DNA of 64,000 bases from Acidimicrobiales bacterium (GTDB lineage Bacteria; Actinomycetota; Acidimicrobiia; Acidimicrobiales; SZUA-35). The stretch's first letter is position 1, and each line of letters opens with the position of its first letter. The notes beneath the pieces are model-generated. The model was given only the letters and a program-made list of their open reading frames with translations. It made no database searches and had not been told where the DNA came from. Location: NCBI GenBank assembly GCA_024638805.1, contig JAHEJO010000001.1, forward strand, positions 31,001 through 95,000, given 5' to 3'. Shown piece after piece: positions 36,161 to 45,349 of the stretch. Both the position numbers and the translations under genes were made by a program.

Positions 36161-37683
36161 TGCTCGGCCGCTCGATCTTCGCCGAGCCGTGGTTCCAGTG
36201 GGCTCTGGTCCTCGTCTTCGGTTTCCCGGTGGTGGTGATCCTGCTCGGCGAGATCCTCGCCCGTCTGGAACGGCGCAAGAGCCTCCTCGTCGGTCCGGTC
36301 CGCCTGCTCAGGAACGCTTTCGTCCCGCTGCTCGTCGTCATCCTGTTCCTCCAGCAGGTGCTGGAATTGGATCCCAACGGCGCGGAGGACCCGAACGGGC
36401 TCATCCAGGTAGCTGCCACGATCGTCGCCGTGGCCAGCCTGGCGGTGCTGCTATCGATCGTGCGGGGCATCATCACCGCCGAGCAGTCGCCCACCAGTTG
36501 GCGGGGACGGGCGCCGCGTCTGCTGGTGGACATCGCCCGGTTCGTCCTCCTCGGGGTCGGCTCCCTCCTCATCCTCACCAGCATCTGGGGGCTGAGCATC
36601 ACCGGCACGTTCGCGGCCCTCGGCATCGGCGGGCTTGTCATCGGCCTGGCGCTGCAGGACACGCTGGCCAGCCTGATGGGCGGGATCGCCATACTCAGCG
36701 AGAAACCCTTTGCCGTAGGCGACTGGATCGACATCGACGGCACCGAGGGCAAAGTCACCGACATCAACTGGCGGACCGTGCGAATGCTCAACCGCGAACA
36801 GGACCTCATCGTCGTGCCGAACATCGTGTTCGGCAATCAGTTGATCATCAACAACTCACGCCCCGAAATCGAGCACGTCGAGGTGATCTCACTCGGTTTC
36901 AGCTACGACGACCCGCCGAACGCCGTCAAGGCGATGCTGGCCGAGGTGGTGGCGGGCACACCCAACCTGGTGGCCGGCGCACCGCTCGACATCCGCTGCA
37001 CCAGCTACGACGACTTCTCCATCGGCTACCAGGTGTGGCTGCACATCGAATCGTACGACGTAATGCCGCAGGTGCGAAATCATTTCATGACCAGGATCTG
37101 GTACGCCGCAAAGCGCCGGAACATCACGATTCCGTTCCCGATCAGAACGGTTCACCACTACGAGGCCGGCGAGCTGCCGCGCAACGACACCCCCGAGCAG
37201 GTCCAGCGAAGGGTCCGATCACTCACGGGCACCACCATCGCCGAACCGGTCGCATCGAAGCTCGCCGACGAACAGGTCGTCGGTGAATCGGCCGGTGCCA
37301 ACTTGGACGACAACCACCTTCTCAGTTTCGCCGCCGGCGAGGTCCTCCAGCTCGAGGGAGGCGGCAGTCGGGGGTTGGGCATCATCCTTCGGGGAACGGC
37401 GGTCGGCCTTCGGGCGGACAACGAGGTGGTCACCATCCGGGCAGGTGAGGTGTTCGGGGAACAGGCGATGCTCGGCACCAAACCGAACCTCCTCACGATT
37501 CGTGCTCTGACCGACGTGGAGGCGATCGTGATCTCCGGGTCGGCGGTCGACGACATCGCCCGCGGGGATCTCGGTTTCGCCGAGGAGATCCAAGCCGTCG
37601 TTCAGAGCCGGCGTGCCGCGGTGGCCAGAACCAAGCTGAACCCGACCAACGGCAACGAACCCGAGACGGGTACGGGTCGGTGA
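36160..37683 (+). CDS. MscS-family mechanosensitive channel with C-terminal cyclic-nucleotide-binding-like domain
   Basis: MscS core LGIGGLVIGLALQDTLASLMGGIAILSEKPFAVGDWIDIDGTEGKVTDINWRTVRM. C-terminal CNB-like AGEVLQLEG...GEVFGEQAML. The ATG overlaps the upstream stop (TGATG). Confidence 0.8.
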   Translation: MLGRSIFAEPWFQWALVLVFGFPVVVILLGEILARLERRKSLLVGPVRLLRNAFVPLLVVILFLQQVLELDPNGAEDPNGLIQVAATIVAVASLAVLLSIVRGIITAEQSPTSWRGRAPRLLVDIARFVLLGVGSLLILTSIWGLSITGTFAALGIGGLVIGLALQDTLASLMGGIAILSEKPFAVGDWIDIDGTEGKVTDINWRTVRMLNREQDLIVVPNIVFGNQLIINNSRPEIEHVEVISLGFSYDDPPNAVKAMLAEVVAGTPNLVAGAPLDIRCTSYDDFSIGYQVWLHIESYDVMPQVRNHFMTRIWYAAKRRNITIPFPIRTVHHYEAGELPRNDTPEQVQRRVRSLTGTTIAEPVASKLADEQVVGESAGANLDDNHLLSFAAGEVLQLEGGGSRGLGIILRGTAVGLRADNEVVTIRAGEVFGEQAMLGTKPNLLTIRALTDVEAIVISGSAVDDIARGDLGFAEEIQAVVQSRRAAVARTKLNPTNGNEPETGTGR

Positions 37684-39137
37684 GCGCGACAGCGGCCCGG
37701 GCTCTGTCGGCCTGCCTTGTCACCCTACTGCTCGCCGGGTCCGCCTGCTCGGTCGAGGTCGCCGCGTTCGACCCGACCCGCCAAGAGGATGAAGGACGCT
37801 CGGACAGCCCGCTCGGCGGGCTCAGCGCCGTCGACGCAACCGACGCCGCAGATGTCGAGGGTCCGACCGCCCAGATCCGAATACCCCGATTCACCTACAC
37901 GGGATTCGATCCCACCGGTCCTGCCCTGGGTCAATTGGGTCGACTGGAGGGGAACATGGTGAGCGTCCTGGGACCCGAGGTGGGCGCCGGCCAGACGAGC
38001 CTCGAATCCGCATTCGCCCGCTTCACGACCGCAACCGGCATCGAGGTGGTCTACACCGGCGACACCCAGGCCGACGACGTCCTCGAAGAACTCCTGGGAA
38101 CACCCGACCAACCCGATGTTGTGCTGACCCCCCAGCCCGGTCGATTGCGGCAGCTGGTACACGAAGGCCACGTGGCGCCCCTCCCCCGGCTGATCCGGGA
38201 TCAGGTGGCCGCCGGGTACGACCCGTTCTGGTCGAGTCTGGCCTCGGTCGACGGGCGTCTCTACGGCGTGCCGGCCTCCGCCAACGTGAAGAGTCTGGTC
38301 TGGTACCGGCCTGATGTGTTCGCCGAGCAGGACTACCAGCCCCCCGCGACCTTCGGCGAACTCGAGGCACTGGTGGACCAGATCCGCAGCGACGGACTGA
38401 CGCCGTGGTGCGTCGGGGTTGCCTCCGGCGCAGATTCGGGATGGCCGTTCACCGACTGGCTCGAGGACTATGTCCTGCGTTTCGAGGGACCGGCCTTCTA
38501 CGACCAGTGGATCGCCCACCAGGTGCCCTTCAACGATGCCCGGGTCACCGCCCTGATGCAGCGGGTGGGCGATCTGTGGTCCCGACCGGGCAACGTGTAC
38601 GGGGGGCGGGAGGCGGTCGCCGCCACTTCGGTTTCGCAAGCTGCGGGGGATCATCTGCGGGACCGATGTGTCCTGCACAAACAGGGAAGCCTCATCGTGC
38701 GGGACTACCGAGTGCTCGGTGGACGGGTCGGTCCCGGCGAGGACGTCGACGCCTTCTATTTGCCCGACATCGGGGAGTCGGGTCGGGTGGTTCTGGGCGC
38801 CGGGACCTTCGCCGCCACCCTCAGCGGTTCCACACCCGCCCTGGGGTTGCTTTCGTACATCGCGGCGCCGGATTTCGCCGACAACCGAATCGCTGCGGGC
38901 GCCGGCGGCTACCTCAGCGCGCATCGTTTTCACAACACCGACCTGTACCGGGACGCGATCGACCGTTCGATGGCCAACATCCTGGTGGCAGCCGATCCTT
39001 TCCGCTTCGACGGCTCGGACCTGATGCCTGCTCAGGTCGGCGCAGACGTGTATCCCCGAACGGCCACGCTCTACGCCAGCGGAGCGATCGACGCGTGGGA
39101 ACTGGCCGACGAGGTGGAGGCAGCCTGGCCCAGCTGA
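37680..39137 (+). CDS. ABC-transporter-type extracellular solute-binding lipoprotein (family 1, sugar-type), orphan
   Basis: Lipobox LLLAGSAC-S. SBP-typical segments: DVVLTPQPG, GVPASANVKSLVWYRPDVF, TPWCVGVASGADSGWPFTDWLEDY. The GTG overlaps the channel gene's stop. No permease or ATPase genes are adjacent. Confidence 0.75.
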   Translation: MSATAARALSACLVTLLLAGSACSVEVAAFDPTRQEDEGRSDSPLGGLSAVDATDAADVEGPTAQIRIPRFTYTGFDPTGPALGQLGRLEGNMVSVLGPEVGAGQTSLESAFARFTTATGIEVVYTGDTQADDVLEELLGTPDQPDVVLTPQPGRLRQLVHEGHVAPLPRLIRDQVAAGYDPFWSSLASVDGRLYGVPASANVKSLVWYRPDVFAEQDYQPPATFGELEALVDQIRSDGLTPWCVGVASGADSGWPFTDWLEDYVLRFEGPAFYDQWIAHQVPFNDARVTALMQRVGDLWSRPGNVYGGREAVAATSVSQAAGDHLRDRCVLHKQGSLIVRDYRVLGGRVGPGEDVDAFYLPDIGESGRVVLGAGTFAATLSGSTPALGLLSYIAAPDFADNRIAAGAGGYLSAHRFHNTDLYRDAIDRSMANILVAADPFRFDGSDLMPAQVGADVYPRTATLYASGAIDAWELADEVEAAWPS

Positions 39138-39178
39138 GTACGGGCGACCCTGTCACACCCCCCGGTCATCATCAATCC

Positions 39179-40183
39179 ATGACCGCCCTCACCGATTCCT
39201 CGGAGATCGAGATCCGTCTGCCGTCGGCCCTCTGGCTGGCCAAACTCACCTCGTCCGACGATGCCGATGTCCTGCTGTCTCCGGTCACCGACGGCATTCC
39301 GACCTACTGGCTGCCGACCCCCTTGGCTACCTCGGCCACCTTCGGCGGGATTCTGTCACTGACCGATGTAGGCCACGGGATCGAACCCAATCTCTCCCCC
39401 CACGGCTCGCTTCCACTGCCCGGTGATCGGGTACTGGTCGCCCGCACGGGCCAGACCGTCGAGCTTCTCGGGGTTGTGGTCATCGACGGACTGAGCGTGT
39501 GCTCCGACGGGTCGATTCGTATCGGTCACCGGCCCCTCGTTCGTCTCGAGGACCCGCTCGACCTCCGCAAGGCGCGCCGCGTCAATCGCCTGCTCGATCA
39601 ACGATGGGATGCCCTCTTCGGCACCCGAGGTCGCGACCGCCGACTGCTTCCTCTTGGCGACGCCGACGTGACACTGACGTTCTCGGCCTTCGGAGTGTCG
39701 CTCCGGCAGATCTTCTCGTCGCCACCGTCGCCCGCAGCCGTCGCCGTGGTGCCGGCGCTACCGATCTGGAAGCTCGACGAACACATCGAACAGAGCCGGA
39801 TCTCCAGCTGCGTGGTCGCCGATCGTGTGGCCGACGGGGTGGCTGCCTATCACGCGCTCGGCGCGGCGTTCGCCGACTACGACGGTGTCCGGACCATCGA
39901 TCTGTCAGCACACGGGACCGGGCGCGGCCTGTTGCTGAGCGTGCACCACGTCGACCGCGTGTCGTACGTGGTCGCGTCGGGTGTGCCACTCGGCGAGCCC
40001 GTCCGCGTCAACGAGAGCCGTCGCCACCTTTTCACCGACGAGTCCACGGTCGTCCTGCTGGCGGTGGAACAACAGGAGGAGTGGGTGATCGTCGAGCTGG
40101 GGGGTGAGGAGCTCGAACGGCTCGACGGCGCTCTCGGTGATCGCATTGTCTCGATCCACCACCACATCGACGTTTCGGACTGA
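39179..40183 (+). CDS. Hypothetical protein (334 aa), no family recognised
   Basis: The ATG at 39179 was chosen. The upstream part of the 592-aa track ORF overlaps the SBP gene out of frame and is Arg/Gly-rich. The body has ordinary globular composition. Confidence 0.55.
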   Translation: MTALTDSSEIEIRLPSALWLAKLTSSDDADVLLSPVTDGIPTYWLPTPLATSATFGGILSLTDVGHGIEPNLSPHGSLPLPGDRVLVARTGQTVELLGVVVIDGLSVCSDGSIRIGHRPLVRLEDPLDLRKARRVNRLLDQRWDALFGTRGRDRRLLPLGDADVTLTFSAFGVSLRQIFSSPPSPAAVAVVPALPIWKLDEHIEQSRISSCVVADRVADGVAAYHALGAAFADYDGVRTIDLSAHGTGRGLLLSVHHVDRVSYVVASGVPLGEPVRVNESRRHLFTDESTVVLLAVEQQEEWVIVELGGEELERLDGALGDRIVSIHHHIDVSD

Positions 40184-40225
40184 ACCGCATGAGTATCCGG
40201 GCTCGATCGGTGCTTCACTGTTCCG

Positions 40226-40660
40226 GTGCAACACGGTTCTGGCCCAACCGCTGCGCTGGTGGCATCCCTGCTGATGGTCTTCGTCGCGTGCGGCTCCGAT
40301 CCGGTCGGCATGGGCACCCTCGCCGAGAGTCGCACCGCCGACGAACCCGTCGACGACCTGTTCCCCGATGTTGTCGACGCCACAGCCAGCCGCGCCGGCG
40401 ACGGGACATGGACGATCGCCGCCACACTGTCGTCCCCCTACGACAGCCCCGCACGCTACGCCGATTCGTGGCGGGTCCTCGGCCCCGACGGCACCGTCTA
40501 CGGCGAACGGTTCCTCACCCATGATCACGCCGGTGAACAACCGTTCACGCGATCCCAACCCGGGATCTCGATACCCGAGGAGGTAGAGACCGTCACGATT
40601 CAGGGTCGGGATCAGCGAAACGGTTGGGGTGGGGTCACCTTCGAGTTGGACCTCCGATGA
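40226..40660 (+). CDS. Putative lipoprotein
   Basis: LVASLLMVFVAC-GS lipobox. 144 aa. Its stop overlaps the next start (ATGA). Confidence 0.6.
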   Translation: MQHGSGPTAALVASLLMVFVACGSDPVGMGTLAESRTADEPVDDLFPDVVDATASRAGDGTWTIAATLSSPYDSPARYADSWRVLGPDGTVYGERFLTHDHAGEQPFTRSQPGISIPEEVETVTIQGRDQRNGWGGVTFELDLR

Positions 40661-42222
40661 TGACGCCGATCGAACGCGGCGATCTGATCGCAGCCATCGA
40701 TATCGGCACCAACTCGATCCACCTCGTCGTGGCCCGCCTCACCGACACGTCAGGATTCGAGATCGTCACCACCCAGAAAGAGGTGGTCCGCCTCGGTGGG
40801 GGTTCTGGCGACATGAAGACCCTCGCCGCTGATGCGATAGACCGTGGCATCGAGGCGCTGACGAGGATGGCCGAGGTGGCCACGAGTCTCGGCGCGGTGA
40901 CCTACGCCGTGGCCACGAGTGCGATACGGGAGGCCGAGAACCGGTCGGACTTCCTCGAGCGGGCACGGGCCGAATCGGGCATCGACGTGAAGGTGATCAA
41001 TGGTTTCGAGGAGGCGAGGCTGATCCACCTCGGTGTTCTCCAGGCGCTGCCCATCTTCGACATGCGCATGATGGGATTCGACATCGGGGGTGGCAGCACC
41101 GAAATCGTTGTCGGACAGGGCTCCACCCTGCTGGCGGCACGATCGTTCCGACTTGGCGCCATCCGTCTCACCGAGCGCTTCTTTCCCGGCGGACGGGTCA
41201 AGAACCCCACTGCGATCACCCGATGTCGGGACTTCGTGCAACAAACCCTGGCCGGGGTTCGGGTGGAGTTCGTCGGCCACCAGCCCGAGATCCTCGTCGC
41301 CTCTTCGGGAACGGCCGCAACCCTGACCGAGATGGCCGCGGCACGCTCCGGCCGGGATCCGGCCAACCTCAATGGTGCAATGGTCAGCGCCGCCGAGTTG
41401 GCAGAGTTGGTCGAGCTGATCATCGGCACCAAACCCTCCAAGCGGGGGCGCATCCCCGGCTTGGATGACAAGCGCAGCGACATCATCTTGGGAGGCGCGA
41501 TCCTCGCCCAACAGGTAGTCGCCTTGACCGAGCTCGACGGTTTCACCTACAGCGCCTACGCGCTGAGAGAAGGCGTGCTGCTGGATCGAATGCCGGGGCC
41601 GGCCGCCGAGCGCCTCCAGAACCTGCGCCGAGGAAACGTGCAGCGCTTGGCCCGACAGCTCGATCCCGACTTCGAACACGCCATCCACTGCACCGAGCTG
41701 ACGCTGCAACTGTTCGACCGGACCACCGCCTTGCACGGCCTCGGTCCTGCCGAGCGCGAACTGCTCGACATGGCCGGCTTGCTCCACAACGTCGGCCTCT
41801 TCATCAGCCACAGTGGCCACCACAAACACAGCTATTACGTGATACGCCACTCCGAGCAGCTCACCGGATTCAGCGACAACGAGATCGAGTTGATCGCCCA
41901 GATCTCCCGCTATCACCGCAAATCGCACCCCAGCAAGAGGCACGCCGAGTTCATGATGATGTCCGAGCCAGATCGGGAGCGGATTCGTATCCTGGCCGGA
42001 ATCCTCCGGGTGGCGATCGGCCTCGACCGGCGCCACCAGAGCGCCGTCCGCTCCGTCCGGGTCCTGTGGGACGATGCCATTCGGATCGAACCCGTCGGCG
42101 AGGAGGGGGCGGACCTGTCGGTCGAGGTCCATGCCGCCCAGGAGCGGGTCAGCCTTCTATCCGAAGCGCTTGGACGGGAAGTGATCGTCTCGCCGCCGTC
42201 GGAGGTGACACCGGCCGCCTGA
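40657..42222 (+). CDS. Ppx/GppA family phosphatase with C-terminal HD domain
   Basis: AAIDIGTNSIHLVVA, FDIGGGSTE (ASKHA fold), and C-terminal LLHNVGLFISHSGHHKHSYY (HD). Confidence 0.9.
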   Translation: MMTPIERGDLIAAIDIGTNSIHLVVARLTDTSGFEIVTTQKEVVRLGGGSGDMKTLAADAIDRGIEALTRMAEVATSLGAVTYAVATSAIREAENRSDFLERARAESGIDVKVINGFEEARLIHLGVLQALPIFDMRMMGFDIGGGSTEIVVGQGSTLLAARSFRLGAIRLTERFFPGGRVKNPTAITRCRDFVQQTLAGVRVEFVGHQPEILVASSGTAATLTEMAAARSGRDPANLNGAMVSAAELAELVELIIGTKPSKRGRIPGLDDKRSDIILGGAILAQQVVALTELDGFTYSAYALREGVLLDRMPGPAAERLQNLRRGNVQRLARQLDPDFEHAIHCTELTLQLFDRTTALHGLGPAERELLDMAGLLHNVGLFISHSGHHKHSYYVIRHSEQLTGFSDNEIELIAQISRYHRKSHPSKRHAEFMMMSEPDRERIRILAGILRVAIGLDRRHQSAVRSVRVLWDDAIRIEPVGEEGADLSVEVHAAQERVSLLSEALGREVIVSPPSEVTPAA

Positions 42223-42310
42223 GTTTCGCCTCTACTACTGAAGTCTCGATCCGGTTCGCCGATGGGAGACTACGGGACCTGTCCCGTCGACATTCAGGGG
42301 AGGATCTCAC

Positions 42311-43954
42311 ATGCGATCACGAGTACTTCGGCGCTTCATCATCGCCGCCGTGGGCTTGGGCCTGGCGGCCTCGGCCACGATGGCGGTCACACCCGCAGGA
42401 GCGGACTCGAATGCGGTCGGACCGGTGTCGACCGAGAAACTGTTCGTCACCCAACAGTATGAGGACTTCCTCGGACGACAGCCCGATGCTGCCGGACTGG
42501 ACTACTGGGTCGGGCGAATGAAGCAGGGCGCCGGCGGCTCTGCACTGGTGAATGCGTTCGCCACCTCGCCGGAGTTCGAAGGGCGTATCGCACCGGTTGT
42601 GCGCCTCTACTACGCCTACTTCCTCCGCCCGCCGGACTACGCCGGTCTCCGATTCTGGGCCGGCCGGTTGGAGGCCGGCGCAAGCGTGCGGGCGGTATCG
42701 GAGGAATTCGCCAAGTCGGCCGAGTTCATCAACACGTACGGCTCGCTCGACGACCGTCAGTTCGTGGAGCTCGTGTACCGCAATGTCCTCGATCGTGAGG
42801 CCGACGGTCCCGGACTCGACTACTGGTCGTCGCGGATGGCAGCCGGCCTGGGCAGGGGCGGGGTGATGCTCGGCTTCAGCGACAGCGTCGAGAACCGGGC
42901 CGAGATGGACCCGGTGGTCAAGGCGACGATGCTCTACGTGGGCCTGCTCGGGCGCGCTCCCGATCCGTTGGGCCTCGACTACTGGAGCGGCCGACTGCGC
43001 GACGGTGGATCCTACAAAGGCGCGATCGGCGGCTTCCTGACCGGCCCGGAGTACCGGGCTCGGATGGACAGCATCTACCGTGAAGTGCAACCGCTCACCG
43101 GCGAACGTGTGCGGGTTGCCAACACCGATCCTGCACTGGCCGTCAAGGTGGACAATCACAACGGCTCTCGCCCCCAGAGCATGCTCCACCGCGCCGACAT
43201 CGTGATCGAAGAAGAGGTCGAGTACACCGTCACCCGGTTCGTGGCGCTGTATCACAGCGACATCCCGGCCACGGTCGGCCCGATCCGGTCGGCCCGCACC
43301 ACCGACTTCAGCGTGCTCGCTGCGTACAACGATCCGCTGCTCGTGTCGAGCGGGGCCAACCCCACCGTCCTCGCCCTGCTCGAAAACGCGCCGGTGGTCA
43401 ACCGGAACCAGAGGACCCTCCCGACCGCCTATTTCCGCAGCACCTCCCGGTCCGCGCCCCACAACCTCTACGCCAGGACCGCCACGGTTCTCCGAACCGC
43501 ACCGACGGGCGCCTCGGCCCCCCAGCCGATCTTTCGATATCGACCGAGCGGGGTGTCCTCGCCGGTCGGCGAACCGACCGGCGGGGTCAGGATCGACTTC
43601 GGGCACAGCGACGTCACCTACTCCTGGAACCAGGCGGCCAAGGGTTGGCGGAGGACCCAGAACGGCACGGCTCACAAGATGGACGACGGGACGATCATCG
43701 CCCCCGACAACGTGGTCGTGCAGGAAACCGAGTACGGCGTGAGCGTCGCGGACTCGAACACCCCTGAAGCGGTGACGACGGGAACCGGCCGGGTTCACGT
43801 CTTCACCGACGGCAAGTACATCAGCGGCACGTGGTCACGATCGAACAAGGAGGCACCCACGACGCTGACCGATGACGCCGGCCAGCCGATCCTGCTGACC
43901 CCGGGAGAAACCTGGGTGGCCCTCGCCCGACCCCAGTTCATTACGCTGAAGTAG
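42311..43954 (+). CDS. Secreted protein with repeated DUF4214 modules and a C-terminal DUF3048-like domain
   Basis: Signal peptide MRSRVLRRFIIAAVGLGLAASATMAV. Four repeats of the ...GR.PD..GLDYW..R... pattern. The C-terminal region ALAVKVDNHNGSRPQSML...TRFVALYHSD is DUF3048-like. Confidence 0.7.
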   Translation: MRSRVLRRFIIAAVGLGLAASATMAVTPAGADSNAVGPVSTEKLFVTQQYEDFLGRQPDAAGLDYWVGRMKQGAGGSALVNAFATSPEFEGRIAPVVRLYYAYFLRPPDYAGLRFWAGRLEAGASVRAVSEEFAKSAEFINTYGSLDDRQFVELVYRNVLDREADGPGLDYWSSRMAAGLGRGGVMLGFSDSVENRAEMDPVVKATMLYVGLLGRAPDPLGLDYWSGRLRDGGSYKGAIGGFLTGPEYRARMDSIYREVQPLTGERVRVANTDPALAVKVDNHNGSRPQSMLHRADIVIEEEVEYTVTRFVALYHSDIPATVGPIRSARTTDFSVLAAYNDPLLVSSGANPTVLALLENAPVVNRNQRTLPTAYFRSTSRSAPHNLYARTATVLRTAPTGASAPQPIFRYRPSGVSSPVGEPTGGVRIDFGHSDVTYSWNQAAKGWRRTQNGTAHKMDDGTIIAPDNVVVQETEYGVSVADSNTPEAVTTGTGRVHVFTDGKYISGTWSRSNKEAPTTLTDDAGQPILLTPGETWVALARPQFITLK

Positions 43955-44743
43955 ATGAGCTGGATCGTCCGGGTTCGATGCGGCCCGGAACGATCTGAGG
44001 GCATCGAGATCCTCGCCAGCATGTCCACCTCGCGGGGTGTGGCCGAGGTGCCCGTCGATGGGCGCAAGGACGTTGTGGAGCTGCTCATCGGATTCGACCG
44101 TGGCGACGACGCAGTCGACTTCAGCGAAGTGCTGGCCGGCCACGGACACCGAGCCGAGATCGAACGGTCCTCACCGGTCGACTGGGCCCACCGGGGGACC
44201 GTCGTCGTGGCAGCCGCTGGCGGGATGATCGCGCTCGAGGTCCTGACCGCGTTCGGCCACGGAGGCCATCCGACCACCCGGCTGGCGCTCGAAGGGCTGG
44301 AACGCCTCGCCCTTCCCGAGGACTCAACGGTGCTCGACGTCGGCTGTGGGACGGGGATTCTCAGCATCGCCGCAGCTCGCCTCGGTCATCGGGCGGTCGG
44401 GTGTGACCTCGATGCCGAAGCCGTGGCGATCTCGGCCCGCAACGCCGAGCGCAACTCGGTCGAGTGCAGAACCAACTTCGTGGTAGCGAGCCCTGTCGAT
44501 CTGGTCACCGGGCGATGGCCGTGCCGACCGGCCGGATTCGATGCGATCCTGGCGAACGTTCCGATCGGTGTCCACGAGGCGACCGCCGCCGCGCTGGACC
44601 GACTCGCCGCTCCTGCTGGCCCGATCGTGGTGACGGGGATCCTGCTCGAGCAGAGCGAACGCGCACTCGCGGCCCACGCTCCCCGACACGAGATCGACCG
44701 GGCCAGCACAGACGGCTGGCTACGAGTGACCTTGCGGCGATAG
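43955..44743 (+). CDS. prmA: Ribosomal protein L11 methyltransferase-like SAM-dependent methyltransferase
   Basis: AFGHGGHPTTRLALE (PrmA FGTGxHxTT motif) and SAM motif VLDVGCGTGILSIAA. Confidence 0.75.
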   Translation: MSWIVRVRCGPERSEGIEILASMSTSRGVAEVPVDGRKDVVELLIGFDRGDDAVDFSEVLAGHGHRAEIERSSPVDWAHRGTVVVAAAGGMIALEVLTAFGHGGHPTTRLALEGLERLALPEDSTVLDVGCGTGILSIAAARLGHRAVGCDLDAEAVAISARNAERNSVECRTNFVVASPVDLVTGRWPCRPAGFDAILANVPIGVHEATAAALDRLAAPAGPIVVTGILLEQSERALAAHAPRHEIDRASTDGWLRVTLRR

Positions 44744-44753
44744 GTTCTCAGAG

Positions 44754-45233
44754 GTGAGCCCCACCACACCACCGAACCACCCGAATCCGAGTTCATCGGA
44801 TCCCCATGCAGCCGCCGGTTGGTACCCGGTCGACTCGGTGACGCAGCGCTACTGGGACGGCGCAGCGTGGACCGAGCACACCGCGCCGCTCACCGGTGCG
44901 CCGCCGATCAGCGTCACGAATGATGAACGCACATTTGCGGTGTTGATCCACGTCGTGTCGATCGTCAGCAGTTTCCTCGGTCCGCTCATCCTCTGGCTGG
45001 TCAAACGTGACGAGTCGGCCTTCGTCGATCACCACGGCAAAGAAGCGTTGAACTTTCAGATCACGATGTTCATCGCCTGGAGTCTGTCGATCCTGCTGGT
45101 GATCGTGCTCATCGGGCTGCTGCTGCTGCCGGTCCTCTTCATCGTCCAGATCGTGTTACCGATCATCGCCGCATTCGGCGCCAGCCGCGACGAGTACTAC
45201 CGCTACCCCTTCACGATCCGGCTCATCTCATAG
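44754..45233 (+). CDS. DUF2510 + DUF4870 membrane protein
   Basis: AGWYPVD...RYWDGAAWTEH (DUF2510) followed by ERTFAVLIHV....GPLILWLVKRDESAFVDHHGKEALNFQIT (DUF4870). Confidence 0.75.
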   Translation: MSPTTPPNHPNPSSSDPHAAAGWYPVDSVTQRYWDGAAWTEHTAPLTGAPPISVTNDERTFAVLIHVVSIVSSFLGPLILWLVKRDESAFVDHHGKEALNFQITMFIAWSLSILLVIVLIGLLLLPVLFIVQIVLPIIAAFGASRDEYYRYPFTIRLIS

Positions 45234-45349
45234 GGGATCTGCGGGTCGGCCCCGTGGGGGCCGCCGCACCCGGACACAGCTCCCGGCGGGGGACGCACAA
45301 TGTCACCCGGGGGGCGCAGCCTCCGTGTGACTGTGCTAGTACGGCGAGG

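Noticed and set aside
38405-40183. 592-aa track ORF. The same issue applies to 28786-30060, 13113-14555, 54866-56542, 58565-60436, 57355-58509, 61456-62541, 53497-54642 and 32728-33498.
   Set aside because: Only the C-terminal parts are real genes. The N-terminal extensions overlap the preceding gene in another frame and are Arg/Pro-rich. Internal starts with RBS or stop-start coupling were used instead.
45234-45349. GGCCCC-gtg-GGGGCC hairpin after the DUF4870 gene considered as an intrinsic terminator.
   Set aside because: The stem is short, the loop is 3 nt and no U-tract follows. There is not enough evidence to annotate it.
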